Below are positions 51,636 through 62,793 of a stretch of DNA of 64,000 bases, piece after piece. The stretch is from an uncultured delta proteobacterium. GTDB taxonomy: Bacteria > Myxococcota_A > Polyangia > Polyangiales > Polyangiaceae. Location of the stretch: NCBI GenBank assembly GCA_963782055.1, contig CAWAIF010000002.1, positions 1 through 64,000 of the forward strand, in the 5' to 3' direction. The position numbers and the translations under genes are program-made. The stretch's first letter is position 1, and each line of letters opens with the position of its first letter. The notes below the pieces were generated by a model, which saw only the letters and a program-made list of their open reading frames with translations, made no database searches and was not told the origin of the DNA.

Positions 51636-52715
51636 ATGCGTCAGGGCGTTGTCGTGCTGCTCTCGTTGCCGCTGCTGGCGGCATGCGGGACGACAGGCGA
51701 CGACCCCGGCCACTGGGAGGGCACCCCCGCCGACGCCGGGTCGCTCGACGCGTACCTGGACTTCGACGGTGCGTACCCCACCGCGGATCCGGATCCCGAC
51801 GCGGGCACCGCGGGTAACCCCACCTTCGACGCCGGCGCGGGCGACGCGGGCGCCTTCACCTGCTCCGGCAAGACGCAGGGCTCGGGGAGCCGCACGCTGG
51901 TGATCACCTCCGGCGGCATCCCGCGCACGACCATCCTCCACGTGCCCGCCGGCTACGACCCGGCCGCCGGCACCATGCTGGTGCTCAACTTCCACGGCTT
52001 CACCAACAACGCGCTGGAGCAGGAGGTCATCTCCCGCATGGACAAGTCCAGCGACAGCCACGGCTACGTCGTGGGCTACCCCGAGGGCGTCGCCACGAGC
52101 TGGAACGCCGGCGACTGCTGCGGCACCGCGTGGGTGGACGCGGTGGACGACGTGCAGTTCGTCCGGGACCTGCTGGCCCGGCTGGAGAGCGACTACTGCA
52201 TCGACCCGCGCCGGGTCTACGCCACGGGCTACTCCAACGGAGGCTTCCTCGCCTACCGCCTCGCGTGCGAGATGGCCGACACCTTCGCCGCCATCGCGCC
52301 GGTGGCCGGGCAGCTCGGGATCCCGCCGGAGCAGTGCAAGCCCTCGCGGCCGGTGCCGGTGCTGGAGTTCCACGGCTCCTCCGACCCGATCGTCCCGTAC
52401 ACCGGCGGCACCCCGATCATCCCGGTGAACATCGGGCCGGTGCTGGCGTTCCGCTCGGTGCAGGAGAGCCTGCAGTTCTGGATCGACCACAACGGCTGCC
52501 TCTCCGGCCCGACGACGATCTACCAGCACGGAGACGCCACCTGCACGGCGTGGGGTACGTGCAAGGGGCAGGGCGACGTCGTGCACTGCAAGATCGACCA
52601 GGGCGGGCACACCTGGCCGGGCGGGGTGCCGGTGCCGCTCGTCGGCAAGACGAGCACCGACATCAGCGCGACCGAGACGATGGTCCAGTTCTTCGACGCT
52701 CACCCCATGCCCTGA
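51636..52715 (+). CDS. PHB depolymerase/LpqC-like esterase lipoprotein
   Basis: LAAC lipobox, WNAGDCCG, GYSNGG, HGSSD and GGHTWPG. Confidence 0.9.
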   Translation: MRQGVVVLLSLPLLAACGTTGDDPGHWEGTPADAGSLDAYLDFDGAYPTADPDPDAGTAGNPTFDAGAGDAGAFTCSGKTQGSGSRTLVITSGGIPRTTILHVPAGYDPAAGTMLVLNFHGFTNNALEQEVISRMDKSSDSHGYVVGYPEGVATSWNAGDCCGTAWVDAVDDVQFVRDLLARLESDYCIDPRRVYATGYSNGGFLAYRLACEMADTFAAIAPVAGQLGIPPEQCKPSRPVPVLEFHGSSDPIVPYTGGTPIIPVNIGPVLAFRSVQESLQFWIDHNGCLSGPTTIYQHGDATCTAWGTCKGQGDVVHCKIDQGGHTWPGGVPVPLVGKTSTDISATETMVQFFDAHPMP

Positions 52716-52736
52716 CGTGACGGGGCGACGACGGGC

Positions 52737-54725
52737 TCACGGGGCCACGCGATCGATCCGGAGGCTGAGGAGGAAGCTGCGGCCGGGGAGCGGATAGAAG
52801 TACACGTCGCCGATGGGGTACCGCGTCCTCGTGTCATCGAAGGTGTTGGCGTAGTCGGCAGCGCGCACGTCGAAGAGGTTGCGCACGTCCAGGGCGAGGC
52901 GGACCCCGCGCACGCCGGGTACGTCCAGCCTCACGCCCGCGGACTGGAGCACGCGCGGGGGCACCTCGATGGTGCCGGCCTGGTCGAAGTGGGTGCCGAA
53001 GAGGCCGTCCAGCCCGTAGCGCACGGTGAGCGGACCGAGCGTGTAGCTCACGTCGGCGACCACGTCGTGCGCGGGGCGCCCGGGGAGCGGGGGGCAGGCG
53101 CCGGAGTAGCAGGCGCCGTCGTTCTGGGTGAAGAGACCCGTGTAGGCACCGCGCAGGCGCAGGCCGCGAAATCGCGCGGCCACGTCGAGCTCCGCGCCGG
53201 CGAGGGTCGCCTGCGAGATGTTCTCCGCCTTGAGCAGGCGCTCGGCGCCGACGGGCACGAAGAGGATGAGGTCGTCGGCGCGCGTGGCGAAGCCGTCGAT
53301 CTCGGCGCCGAGCGTGAAGGCGCCCCAGCGCTCGTGGAAGCGGACGCCGGCGTCGCCGGTGACGGCCGACTCCGGCTTCAGGTCGGGCGTCGCGACGAAG
53401 CCTCCCGGCGTGCCGAAGCGCTCGACGAAGTTGGCCGGGCGCGCGGTCACGCCGCCGTGCGCGGCGAACGTCCACGGCCCGCGCGAGACCTCCACGCCCG
53501 CGTGCCCGGTGGGCCGCACGTCGCCCTGCGGGGCCGGCGTCGCAGCGCTCCCGTCCACCCACGCGTCCACCCGGCCGCTCGCCGCGAGCTCCACGTGACG
53601 CCACGGCCGCCACGAGAGGTCCGCGCCGGCGCCGCCCGCGACGCGTGTCGCCGGGATGGGGAGGGTGGGGCCGATGTACGCTCCGGGCGCGTAGCGCTCG
53701 CCCCGCGCGTCGAGGCGCACCGACGCGCGCAGCGGGCCGAAGACGCGACGCCAGCCGAAGGCGCCGCCTGCCTGCGTGATGGTCGTCTTCTCGAGCGACG
53801 CGCCGAAGCCGGGCAGCGGGTCGCCGTCGCGAAAGTCGGCGCCCTGACGCAGCCCCCAGATCTGGACGGAGAAGACTCCCGGCGCGTACGGCAGTGTCGC
53901 GGCGGCGGTGGCGAGCTCGCGATCGGTGCGGAGCCGCTGGGAGGGCGTCGGCGCGAAGATGGTGCCCGGCAGCCCCTGCTCGCGCGCCTGCAGCAGCGTG
54001 GTCACGTGCAGGTAGCCGGTGCGGTCGCGCCCCAGCTTCATCGGGACGCTGGCCGACGCCAGGCCGCTCGCCTCGGCGAAGCCCGCGTTGAGGCGCACGC
54101 GCGTCGCGCCGGGCACCAGCGGGTCGATGTAGGTGAAGTCGTCGTCGGCACGCGCGGCGCTCAGACCGGTCGCCAGACGCACGCCCCCGCCGAGATCACG
54201 CACGTCGCCGGCGCGCAGCCGCATCGCGCCGAAGGAGCCGGCGGCGGACCACGTCTCGGTGCGCGCGGGCCCGGAGGCGGACGGCGGGTCGAGCTGCAGG
54301 GTGCCGCCGAGCGAGCCCGGACCGAGCGTGGCGGGCGCGAAGGAGCGGTAGACGCGCGCGCGCGAGCCGGGCCAGAGGGGGAGCGTGGAGAGGTCCACGG
54401 TGGGATCGGAGCCACCGAGGAGCGGCACGCCCGCGAAGTAGAAGGCCACCTCGTTGGAGGAGGAGCCGCGGATGGAGAGCGTGGCGAAGCCGTCGTCGGC
54501 GCCGAGCCGGCGGACGTGCACGCCGGGCATGGGGTCGATCAGGCTGGCGGCGTCGGTGATCTCCCGGGGGGAGTCGTCCACGCCCGCGCTGGTGCTGAAG
54601 CCCCCCGACTGCGACCCGCGCACCAGCACGTCCTCGGGGACGTCGTCGTCGCCGGCCGCCGCCGCGCGCGCGGCGAGCGCCACGACCAGCAGGACGCAGA
54701 GGGGCAGTCCGCGAAGGCACCGCAT
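52737..54725 (-). CDS. TonB-dependent receptor
   Basis: Signal peptide, plug PGVHVRRLG..SIRGS, LKPE, VRNLFD and PLPGRSF. Confidence 0.9.
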   Translation of the reverse strand: MRCLRGLPLCVLLVVALAARAAAAGDDDVPEDVLVRGSQSGGFSTSAGVDDSPREITDAASLIDPMPGVHVRRLGADDGFATLSIRGSSSNEVAFYFAGVPLLGGSDPTVDLSTLPLWPGSRARVYRSFAPATLGPGSLGGTLQLDPPSASGPARTETWSAAGSFGAMRLRAGDVRDLGGGVRLATGLSAARADDDFTYIDPLVPGATRVRLNAGFAEASGLASASVPMKLGRDRTGYLHVTTLLQAREQGLPGTIFAPTPSQRLRTDRELATAAATLPYAPGVFSVQIWGLRQGADFRDGDPLPGFGASLEKTTITQAGGAFGWRRVFGPLRASVRLDARGERYAPGAYIGPTLPIPATRVAGGAGADLSWRPWRHVELAASGRVDAWVDGSAATPAPQGDVRPTGHAGVEVSRGPWTFAAHGGVTARPANFVERFGTPGGFVATPDLKPESAVTGDAGVRFHERWGAFTLGAEIDGFATRADDLILFVPVGAERLLKAENISQATLAGAELDVAARFRGLRLRGAYTGLFTQNDGACYSGACPPLPGRPAHDVVADVSYTLGPLTVRYGLDGLFGTHFDQAGTIEVPPRVLQSAGVRLDVPGVRGVRLALDVRNLFDVRAADYANTFDDTRTRYPIGDVYFYPLPGRSFLLSLRIDRVAP

Positions 54726-54783
54726 CGGGGACTGGCGGTCTTGCCATACAACGCGGCGGCTGGCGAGGCGCTACGCTGGAGAG

Positions 54784-55509
54784 GTGACCCAGTCTTCGCG
54801 CCCCTCGGGCCGCCCGCCCGCGCTTCCCGCGGGAGCCTTGGACGTGACCATCCTGGACGCGGTGCTTCCCTCGGTGGACGCATCGACGCGCCACCGCCTT
54901 GCGGTGCACGCGGAGGTGGTGCGCGTGGCGTCCGGCTCCAACCTGGTGACCCAGGGCGCCTCGAGCGGGACACTCGCCGCCCTGCTGAGCGGCGCGGCGC
55001 GCACCACGTGCCGGACCGACGCGCGGCGCCCGGCGATCGTGCTCGACCTGCTTCGCGGGCCATGCCTCGTGGCGCGGGTGCCGGCGCGCGCGGAGGCGGT
55101 GTCGCCCTACTCCGTCACGGCCATGCGCCCGTGCGTCGCCGTGCGCATCCCCGACGCGACGCTGCGCGAGGCGGCGCACGCCGACGCATCCCTCGCCGAC
55201 GCCCTGGACGACGCGGCGGGTCAGGCGCTGCGCGCGATGGTCCGGCGCGTGGAGGACGTCGCCGTCGGCACGGTGGAGGAGCGCCTGGCCCGCGTGCTCG
55301 ACGACCTGGCCACCCGCTACGGCTCGCCGGTGGGTCAAGGTCGCTTCATCGGGCTGCCGCTGCGGCGTCGCGATCTGGCGGGCATGCTGGCGGTCACCCT
55401 CGAGACGGTCAGCAGGCTCCTCGCGCGCTACGAGCGCGAGGGGCTCGTCCGCACGGCCCGAGATGGAATATGGTGGTCAACGTGCCGCACAGAGAGGATC
55501 CCTCGATGA
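54784..55509 (+). CDS. Crp/Fnr-family transcriptional regulator (start uncertain)
   Basis: VEERLARVL and HTH LRRRDLAGMLAVTLETVSRLL. Confidence 0.85.
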   Translation: MTQSSRPSGRPPALPAGALDVTILDAVLPSVDASTRHRLAVHAEVVRVASGSNLVTQGASSGTLAALLSGAARTTCRTDARRPAIVLDLLRGPCLVARVPARAEAVSPYSVTAMRPCVAVRIPDATLREAAHADASLADALDDAAGQALRAMVRRVEDVAVGTVEERLARVLDDLATRYGSPVGQGRFIGLPLRRRDLAGMLAVTLETVSRLLARYEREGLVRTARDGIWWSTCRTERIPR

Positions 55510-56090
55510 GAAAGCTTCGTCCCTCCGTCGTTGCAGCAGCCCTCGCCCTCGCGGCCGCCGGCGTGTCCGGCACGGCCTTCGCGGGCGACGCCACGATCAA
55601 GACCCCCGGCGATCATCCCAACTACATCGTCGAGCTCGAGCCGCACGGCCTCCTCGGCTGGGGTGGCTTCTACGCCGCGGACCTCGGCTTCGGCGCCGGC
55701 TTCCGCGCGTCCATCAACCTCGTCAAGAACGGGTTCGTCCCGCAGATCAACAACAGCGTCGCGATCTCCTTCGGGCTGGACTTCGTCCACTACGGCGGGT
55801 GCTTCCGCAACATCTACTGCGACGCCGACTACCTCTTCTTCCCCGTCGCGCTGCAGTGGAACTTCTACGTCGCCAAGCGCTGGAGCGTCTTCGGCGAGCC
55901 AGGCCTCGCCATCTACCACGCGTTCTTCCCGACCGGTTACTGCCCGCCCGGCACCAACGGGTGTCCGGGGGACACGGGCATCACGCCGGTGTTTTACGTG
56001 GGCGGCCGCTTTCACTTCAACGAGCACGTCGCGCTCACCATGCGCGTGGGCTACCCGTCCATCTCGGTCGGCGTCTCCTTCCTCCTCTGA
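55506..56090 (+). CDS. Secreted/outer-membrane beta-barrel-like hypothetical protein
   Basis: Signal peptide ..TAFA, alternating aromatic strands, ends GVSFLL. Confidence 0.75.
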   Translation: MRKLRPSVVAAALALAAAGVSGTAFAGDATIKTPGDHPNYIVELEPHGLLGWGGFYAADLGFGAGFRASINLVKNGFVPQINNSVAISFGLDFVHYGGCFRNIYCDADYLFFPVALQWNFYVAKRWSVFGEPGLAIYHAFFPTGYCPPGTNGCPGDTGITPVFYVGGRFHFNEHVALTMRVGYPSISVGVSFLL

Positions 56091-56108
56091 AGGAGCGTCC
56101 CGGATCGC

Positions 56109-56172
56109 GCCCGCGTGGCGTGGGGGCTCCCACGAATTCACTTCATCGGGGCGGGGCGGCGCGTGCCGCCCC
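56109..56172. repeat. Diverged copy of the 59.5-kb REP-like repeat
   Basis: GCCCGCGTGG.GTGGGG...AATTCACTT...GGGGCGGCGCGTGCCGCCCC is shared with 59636-59698. Confidence 0.75.
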
Positions 56173-56577
56173 GGCGACGAGCCGCCGGTGGTCCACCATG
56201 ATGCACCGGTCCTGCACCACCTCGATCCCCGCCTCGCCCAGGCGGCGCGCCAGCTCCTGGTGGGTGATGCCCGACTGCAGCCACACGAAGCGCGGCCGCC
56301 TGGCGAGGATGTCGTCCAGGTGGGCCATCAGATCCTTCGGCCGGCGGAAGACGTTCACCATGTCCACCTCGCCGGGGATGCTCGCGAGCGTGCGGTATAC
56401 CGGGCGCCCGAGGATGGTGGTCACGTCGGGGTAGTAGACGGGCACCGGCACGACGTCGTAGCCCACCTCCACCAGGTACTCCGGGACGTAGAAGGCGGGT
56501 TGATCCGCCTGAGCCTCGGTCTTGATGCCCAGCACCGCGATGCGCCGGGTCCGCTCGAGCATCTCGCGCAGGTCCAT
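56143..56577 (-). CDS. CoA-binding protein (YccU-like)
   Basis: IAVLG, VDMVNVFRR, VWLQSGI and VVQDRCIMVDH. Confidence 0.9.
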   Translation of the reverse strand: MDLREMLERTRRIAVLGIKTEAQADQPAFYVPEYLVEVGYDVVPVPVYYPDVTTILGRPVYRTLASIPGEVDMVNVFRRPKDLMAHLDDILARRPRFVWLQSGITHQELARRLGEAGIEVVQDRCIMVDHRRLVAGAARAAPPR

Positions 56578-56650
56578 GGCGGGAGCGTAGGGCCACCGCG
56601 CGCGGCGCACACGTGCGCCGGATGCGCCCGCGTGCGATACGTAGCGTCCC

Positions 56651-57697
56651 ATGCTGGTGCTGGGCATCGAGTCCTCCTGCGACGAGACGGGCGCCGCGGT
56701 CGTCGCCGACGACGGGCGCGTGCTGTCCGACGTGGTGCACAGCCAGGTGGGCCTGCACGCGGAGTGGGGCGGCGTCGTGCCGGAGCTCGCCTCGAGGGAC
56801 CACGCGAAGAACGTGGTGCCGGTGGTGCGCGAGGCGCTCGCCGCGGCAGGCGTGGGCATCGCCGACGTGGACGGCGTGGCGGTGACCAGCCGGCCTGGCC
56901 TGGTGGGGGCGCTGCTGGTGGGCGTGCAGGTCGCGAAGGGCATGGCGTGGGGCGCCGGCAAGCCTCTCGTCGGCGTGGATCACCTGATGGGTCATCTGCT
57001 GGCGGTGTTCCTGCGCCGCGACGGCGAGGCGCCCGGGCCGCTGCCGGAGCTGCCCTTCGTCGCCCTGCTCGCCTCCGGCGGGCACACCGCCATCTACCGC
57101 GTCGACGGCGTCACGGCGGAGGCGGTGCGCGAGCTGGGCGCGACGCGCGACGACGCGGCGGGCGAGGCCTTCGACAAGGTCGCCAAGGTCCTCGGGCTGG
57201 GTTACCCGGGCGGGCCGGTGGTCGACGGCCTGGCGGCGAAGGGGCGCGCCGAAGCGGTGCGCCTCGCCGCGCCCATGGCGCACGATCGCAGCCTGGACTT
57301 CAGCTTCTCCGGCATCAAGACCGCGGTCGCCGCCCGCGTGCGCGAGGATCCGGGGCTCGAGGTGGCGGACGTGTGCGCGTCGTTCCAGCGCGCGGTCACC
57401 GGCGTGCTCGCGGCCAAGCTGATGCGCGCCGCCGAGACCGAGGGCGTGCGCGACGTGGTGCTGGGGGGCGGCGTGGCGGCGAACGGCGAGCTCCGGCGGC
57501 GAGTCACCGAGCTGGCGGCGGCCCGCGGGATGCGCGCCTTCCTCCCCGACCCGAGGAGCTGCACCGACAACGCCGCGATGATCGCTTACGCCGGCGCCCG
57601 GCGCCTCGAGCGCGGCGAGCGTGACGGCTGGGACCTGTGCGCCACCAGCCGCACCGCCCTCCCGCGCGTCACGCGCAAGGGTCGCGGTCGCCGCTGA
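56651..57697 (+). CDS. tsaD: tRNA N6-threonylcarbamoyltransferase subunit TsaD
   Basis: LGIESSCDET, GGVVPELASRDH, HLMGH, SGGHT, DDAAGEAFDK, GGVAAN and TDNAAMI. Confidence 0.97.
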   Translation: MLVLGIESSCDETGAAVVADDGRVLSDVVHSQVGLHAEWGGVVPELASRDHAKNVVPVVREALAAAGVGIADVDGVAVTSRPGLVGALLVGVQVAKGMAWGAGKPLVGVDHLMGHLLAVFLRRDGEAPGPLPELPFVALLASGGHTAIYRVDGVTAEAVRELGATRDDAAGEAFDKVAKVLGLGYPGGPVVDGLAAKGRAEAVRLAAPMAHDRSLDFSFSGIKTAVAARVREDPGLEVADVCASFQRAVTGVLAAKLMRAAETEGVRDVVLGGGVAANGELRRRVTELAAARGMRAFLPDPRSCTDNAAMIAYAGARRLERGERDGWDLCATSRTALPRVTRKGRGRR

Positions 57698-59353
57698 TCA
57701 CTTCTTGTGATGGGTGTGGTGGCGGGAGCGGTGGTGCGAGGGCGCGTGATGCGTCGTCGTCTTGCCGTGGCCGGAGCTCCTGGCGTGCTCGGCCGTCTTC
57801 GCGCGGCCGATGGGCGCCAGCAGGATCTCCAGGATGTCGTGGTGCGCGCGCACCAGGTAGCTCGGGACGCCGTCCTTGAAGGACACGTTGAGCACCGCGC
57901 CGCCGTGATCGTTGGTCACCTTGATCGACGCGATGCGCGCGTCGCGCGCGGCGAGCGGGCCGGCGGGCTCGAGAGAGCGGCGGCCGGGGACGGAGACGGC
58001 GAAGCCCGTGGGCAGGGTGGCGCCGTTGATCCTCTCGATCGGGCCGTCCATGTGGAGCTTGAGCACGTTGCCGTGATGGACGGTGCCGTACCCGAAGGGC
58101 GTCACGTGCACCGGCTTGCTGTGGTGATGATGCCGCTCCGGCGGCGGGTCGTCGAAGACGGGGGCGGCCACCGGCGGCGGCGGCGTCGCCGCGGCGAGCT
58201 GCGTGGGGAGCGGGGCCGCGGTCTCCACCGGCGGCGGCGCGACGGCGGCGGCAGCGTGGAGCGGAGCGGGCGCCACCGGCGGCGGCGCGGACGTGTGGTG
58301 CAGCGCGGCGAAGGCGAGCGTCGCGGCGAGCCCGGCGGCGGCTCCGGCGGCGATCTTGCGCCTGGTGTCCAGCTTCTTCCAGGAGAGCTTGGAGGCGGTC
58401 ACCGCGACCGGGCCGACCTCTCCGCGCACGACCTTGCGGCCGCTGGAGGTGAGCGCGCCGGCGGGCGGCGGCGCGGTTGTGCGGCGCACCGGCTCGGCCG
58501 CCGACGCCGCGCGCTTGCGCTTCGCCCAGAGGACGGCGGCGGTGACCTTCGCGCGGTTGGCGAAGGTGAGCAGCGCGGGGGTCACCTTGGCGGCGCCGCG
58601 GGCGATGGCGCCGCGCATGTCGAGCGGCGCCTGCTCCGCGGCGGCGGGGACCTCGACGTCATCCATGCCGCCGTCCATCACGCTGGGCTCCGGCGTGGAG
58701 TCGCGCGGGGCCTCGGCGTCCATGGCGTCCATCGTCATGGGGACCGACTCCTCCTCGTCGGCGTAGCGCAGGCCGACCACCAGGCGGGGGATCTTCGACT
58801 CCTGGTCGATCTCCACCTCGACGCGGTCGATGCGCGCGGGGCGCTTCGCGCCGGTCTCGGCGTCCTCCAGCTCCAGCTCCTTGCCGACCTGCAGGAAGCC
58901 GAGCTCGTTGCCGACGGTGAGCTTCTTCTGGGAGGCGTCCTTGATGCGCGCGCGCATCGGGAAGCCGAGGCCCTCGATGTGCAGCCGCACCTTGGAGCCG
59001 GGCGCCTGAGGGGCGATCTCGTTGCCCTTCACGCCGACGATGCGGCCGAGGGCGCGCTCGCTCTCCTGGTCCAGGTCGGTGAAGCGCAGGCCGAACTCGC
59101 CGCCTCGCCCCATCTCCTCCTGCCAGACCACCTCGCCCTGGGCGGTGATGGTGCCGTCGTGGCCGGCGTCGAAGCGGCAGGTGAGCGGCTGTCCGACCTC
59201 GGGCAGGTACGCAGTGCGCAGGTGCATGCCGTCGCCGGACACGTCGACCGCCTCCGCCTCGAACGGCGGTCCGAGGGTCGTCCCCACCTCCACCAACGCC
59301 TCAAACGGAATTCGCGTCGCGCCGGGGGCGCGTCGATCGCCTTCGCTGCTCAT
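57698..59353 (-). CDS. PilZ-domain membrane protein with His-rich C-terminal tail
   Basis: RR....R, DVSGDGM, GEVVW and FGLRF, then a TM segment and a Pro-rich linker. Confidence 0.85.
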   Translation of the reverse strand: MSSEGDRRAPGATRIPFEALVEVGTTLGPPFEAEAVDVSGDGMHLRTAYLPEVGQPLTCRFDAGHDGTITAQGEVVWQEEMGRGGEFGLRFTDLDQESERALGRIVGVKGNEIAPQAPGSKVRLHIEGLGFPMRARIKDASQKKLTVGNELGFLQVGKELELEDAETGAKRPARIDRVEVEIDQESKIPRLVVGLRYADEEESVPMTMDAMDAEAPRDSTPEPSVMDGGMDDVEVPAAAEQAPLDMRGAIARGAAKVTPALLTFANRAKVTAAVLWAKRKRAASAAEPVRRTTAPPPAGALTSSGRKVVRGEVGPVAVTASKLSWKKLDTRRKIAAGAAAGLAATLAFAALHHTSAPPPVAPAPLHAAAAVAPPPVETAAPLPTQLAAATPPPPVAAPVFDDPPPERHHHHSKPVHVTPFGYGTVHHGNVLKLHMDGPIERINGATLPTGFAVSVPGRRSLEPAGPLAARDARIASIKVTNDHGGAVLNVSFKDGVPSYLVRAHHDILEILLAPIGRAKTAEHARSSGHGKTTTHHAPSHHRSRHHTHHKK

Positions 59354-59466
59354 GGGCTCCTCCGAGAGTCGGTTTGCGCGGACGCGAACCGTCTCGTTTG
59401 CGGATAAGAGGTTCGGCAAGGAGGGGCCAACTTTTCAGTGGCGGCGAGGGATGGGCGGGGAGGCGC

Positions 59467-59702
59467 CGTGCCCGGCACGCCGCCACTCACGTGCCAGCAG
59501 TCACTGCCCCGACGCGTAGCGGAGGGCCCGCGTGGGGTGGGGCCCCGCCCAATTCACTTGGGCGGGGAGGGGCGGCGCGTGCCCGGCAGCCCGCCACTCC
59601 CGTGCCAGCAGCCACGCCCCGACGCGTAGCGGAGGGCCCGCGTGGGGTGGGGCCCCGCCCAATTCACTTGGGCGGGGAGGGGCGGCGCGTGCCGCCCCTC
59701 CC
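59467..59702. repeat. Tandem 110-bp-period intergenic repeat with internal palindromes
   Basis: 59506-59583 is identical to 59616-59693. Each unit has the hairpin CCCCGCCCAA-TTCAC-TTGGGCGGGG. Confidence 0.93.
59675..59702 (-). terminator. Perfect 12-bp GC hairpin directly after the carboxylase stop codon (terminator or mRNA stabiliser; no U-tract)
   Basis: GGGAGGGGCGGC-GCGT-GCCGCCCCTCCC. Confidence 0.45.
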
Positions 59703-59703
59703 G

Positions 59704-61269
59704 TTAAAGCGGGATGTTGGTGTGCTTCTTCGGCGGGTTGTCGTCCCGCTTGTCCTTCAGCAGCTCGAGCGCGCCGTGCAAACGGGCTCGCAAGGTGCGC
59801 GGGTAGATGACCTCGTCCACGAAGCCGAGCTCCGCCGCCTTGTACGGGTTGGCGAACTTCTCGCGGTAGTCGGCGGCGAAGGCAGCGCGCGCGGCGGCCG
59901 GGTCCTTGGACGCCTCGATCTCCTTGCGGCGCACGATGTTCACCGCGCCGTCCGGGCCCATCACCGCGATCTCCGCCGTGGGGAAGGCGAGGTTGATGTC
60001 GGCGCGGATGTGCTTGCTCGCCATGACGTCATACGCGCCGCCGTAGGCCTTGCGCAGGATGACCGTCACCTTCGGCACGGTCGCCTCGGCGAAGGCGAAG
60101 AGCAGCTTGGCGCCGTGCTTGATGATGCCCCCGTACTCCTGGTCGGTGCCGGGGAGGAAGCCGGGGACGTCCACCAGGGTGACCAGCGGGATGTTGAAGC
60201 AGTCGCAGAAGCGGACGAAGCGCGCCGCCTTCATCGACGCGTCGATGTCCAGCACCCCGGCGAGCACCGCCGGCTGGTTGGCGACGATGCCCACCGCGCG
60301 CCCGCCGATGTGCGCGAAGCCGACGACGATGTTCGGCGCATAGTGCTCGGCGATCTCGAAGAGCACGCCGTCGTCCACGACCAGGGAGATGACGTCCTTC
60401 ACGTCGTACGGCTTGCTCGCGTCGAGGGGGACCGCCGTGTCCAGCTCCGGCACCTCGCGCGTGGGCGGGTCGCTCGTCGGGCGGACCGGCGCGTCCTCCT
60501 GGTTGTTGGACGGCAGGTACGCGAGCAGCGAGCGCACCTGGGCGATGCACGTCTTGTCGTCGGGCGACGTGAGGTGGCACACGCCGCTCTTGGAGGCGTG
60601 CGCCCCGGCGCCGCCCAGGTCCTCCTTCGTCACCTCCTCGTGCGTCACCGCCTTGATGACGTCGGGGCCGGTGATGAACATGTAGCTGGTGCCCTCCACC
60701 ATCAGGATGAAGTCGGTGATGGCGGGGGAGTAGACGGCGCCGCCCGCGCACGGGCCCATGACGGCGCTGATCTGCGGGATGACGCCGCTCGCCATCGTGT
60801 TGCGCAGGAAGATGTCAGCGTAGCCTGCGAGCGACTCGACGCCCTCCTGGATGCGCGCCCCGCCGGAGTCGTTGAGGCCGATGACCGGCGCGCCCACCTT
60901 CATGGCCATGTCCATCAGCTTGCAGATCTTCTGCGCGTAGGCGCCGGAGAGCGACCCGCCGAAGACGGTGAAGTCCTGGGCGAAGACGAACACCTTCCGG
61001 CCGTCGACGGTGCCGTAGCCGGTGACCACCCCGTCGCCGAGGATCTTCTGCTGCTCCATGCCGAACTCGGTGCAGCGGTGGGTCACGAAGCGACCGAGCT
61101 CGACGAGGGAGCCCGGGTCGAGGAGCAGGTCGATGCGCTCGCGCGCGGTGAGCTTGCCGGACTCGTGCTGCTTCTTGACGCGCGCCTCCCCGCCCCCCGC
61201 GAGGGCGCGGCGGTTCATCTCGTCGAGACGGACGATGGGCGGGGGCGGGGGCTTGGAAGGGGTGGTCAT
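59704..61269 (-). CDS. pccB: Acyl-CoA (propionyl-CoA-type) carboxylase carboxyltransferase beta subunit
   Basis: [37 protein letters not shown] and KKHTNIPL. Substrate specificity is inferred. Confidence 0.9.
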   Translation of the reverse strand: MTTPSKPPPPPIVRLDEMNRRALAGGGEARVKKQHESGKLTARERIDLLLDPGSLVELGRFVTHRCTEFGMEQQKILGDGVVTGYGTVDGRKVFVFAQDFTVFGGSLSGAYAQKICKLMDMAMKVGAPVIGLNDSGGARIQEGVESLAGYADIFLRNTMASGVIPQISAVMGPCAGGAVYSPAITDFILMVEGTSYMFITGPDVIKAVTHEEVTKEDLGGAGAHASKSGVCHLTSPDDKTCIAQVRSLLAYLPSNNQEDAPVRPTSDPPTREVPELDTAVPLDASKPYDVKDVISLVVDDGVLFEIAEHYAPNIVVGFAHIGGRAVGIVANQPAVLAGVLDIDASMKAARFVRFCDCFNIPLVTLVDVPGFLPGTDQEYGGIIKHGAKLLFAFAEATVPKVTVILRKAYGGAYDVMASKHIRADINLAFPTAEIAVMGPDGAVNIVRRKEIEASKDPAAARAAFAADYREKFANPYKAAELGFVDEVIYPRTLRARLHGALELLKDKRDDNPPKKHTNIPL

Positions 61270-61330
61270 GGTGGGGGATCCAACCTCGGGTGGCGGCTCC
61301 GCACCCGGGGCTCTATCCTCAGGATCCCGG

Positions 61331-62791
<1,461 letters not shown>

Positions 62792-62793
62792 CG

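Noticed and set aside
54726..54783. Cobalamin riboswitch upstream of the TonB receptor
   Set aside because: The intergenic gap is under 60 bp and no B12-box motif is recognisable.
52989..56090. 1033-aa ORF
   Set aside because: It is antisense to the TonB receptor and out of frame with the Crp gene. Only 55506-56090 looks coding.
59467..59702. CRISPR array
   Set aside because: Only two long units, whose intervening sequences are themselves similar rather than unique spacers. No cas genes in the window.
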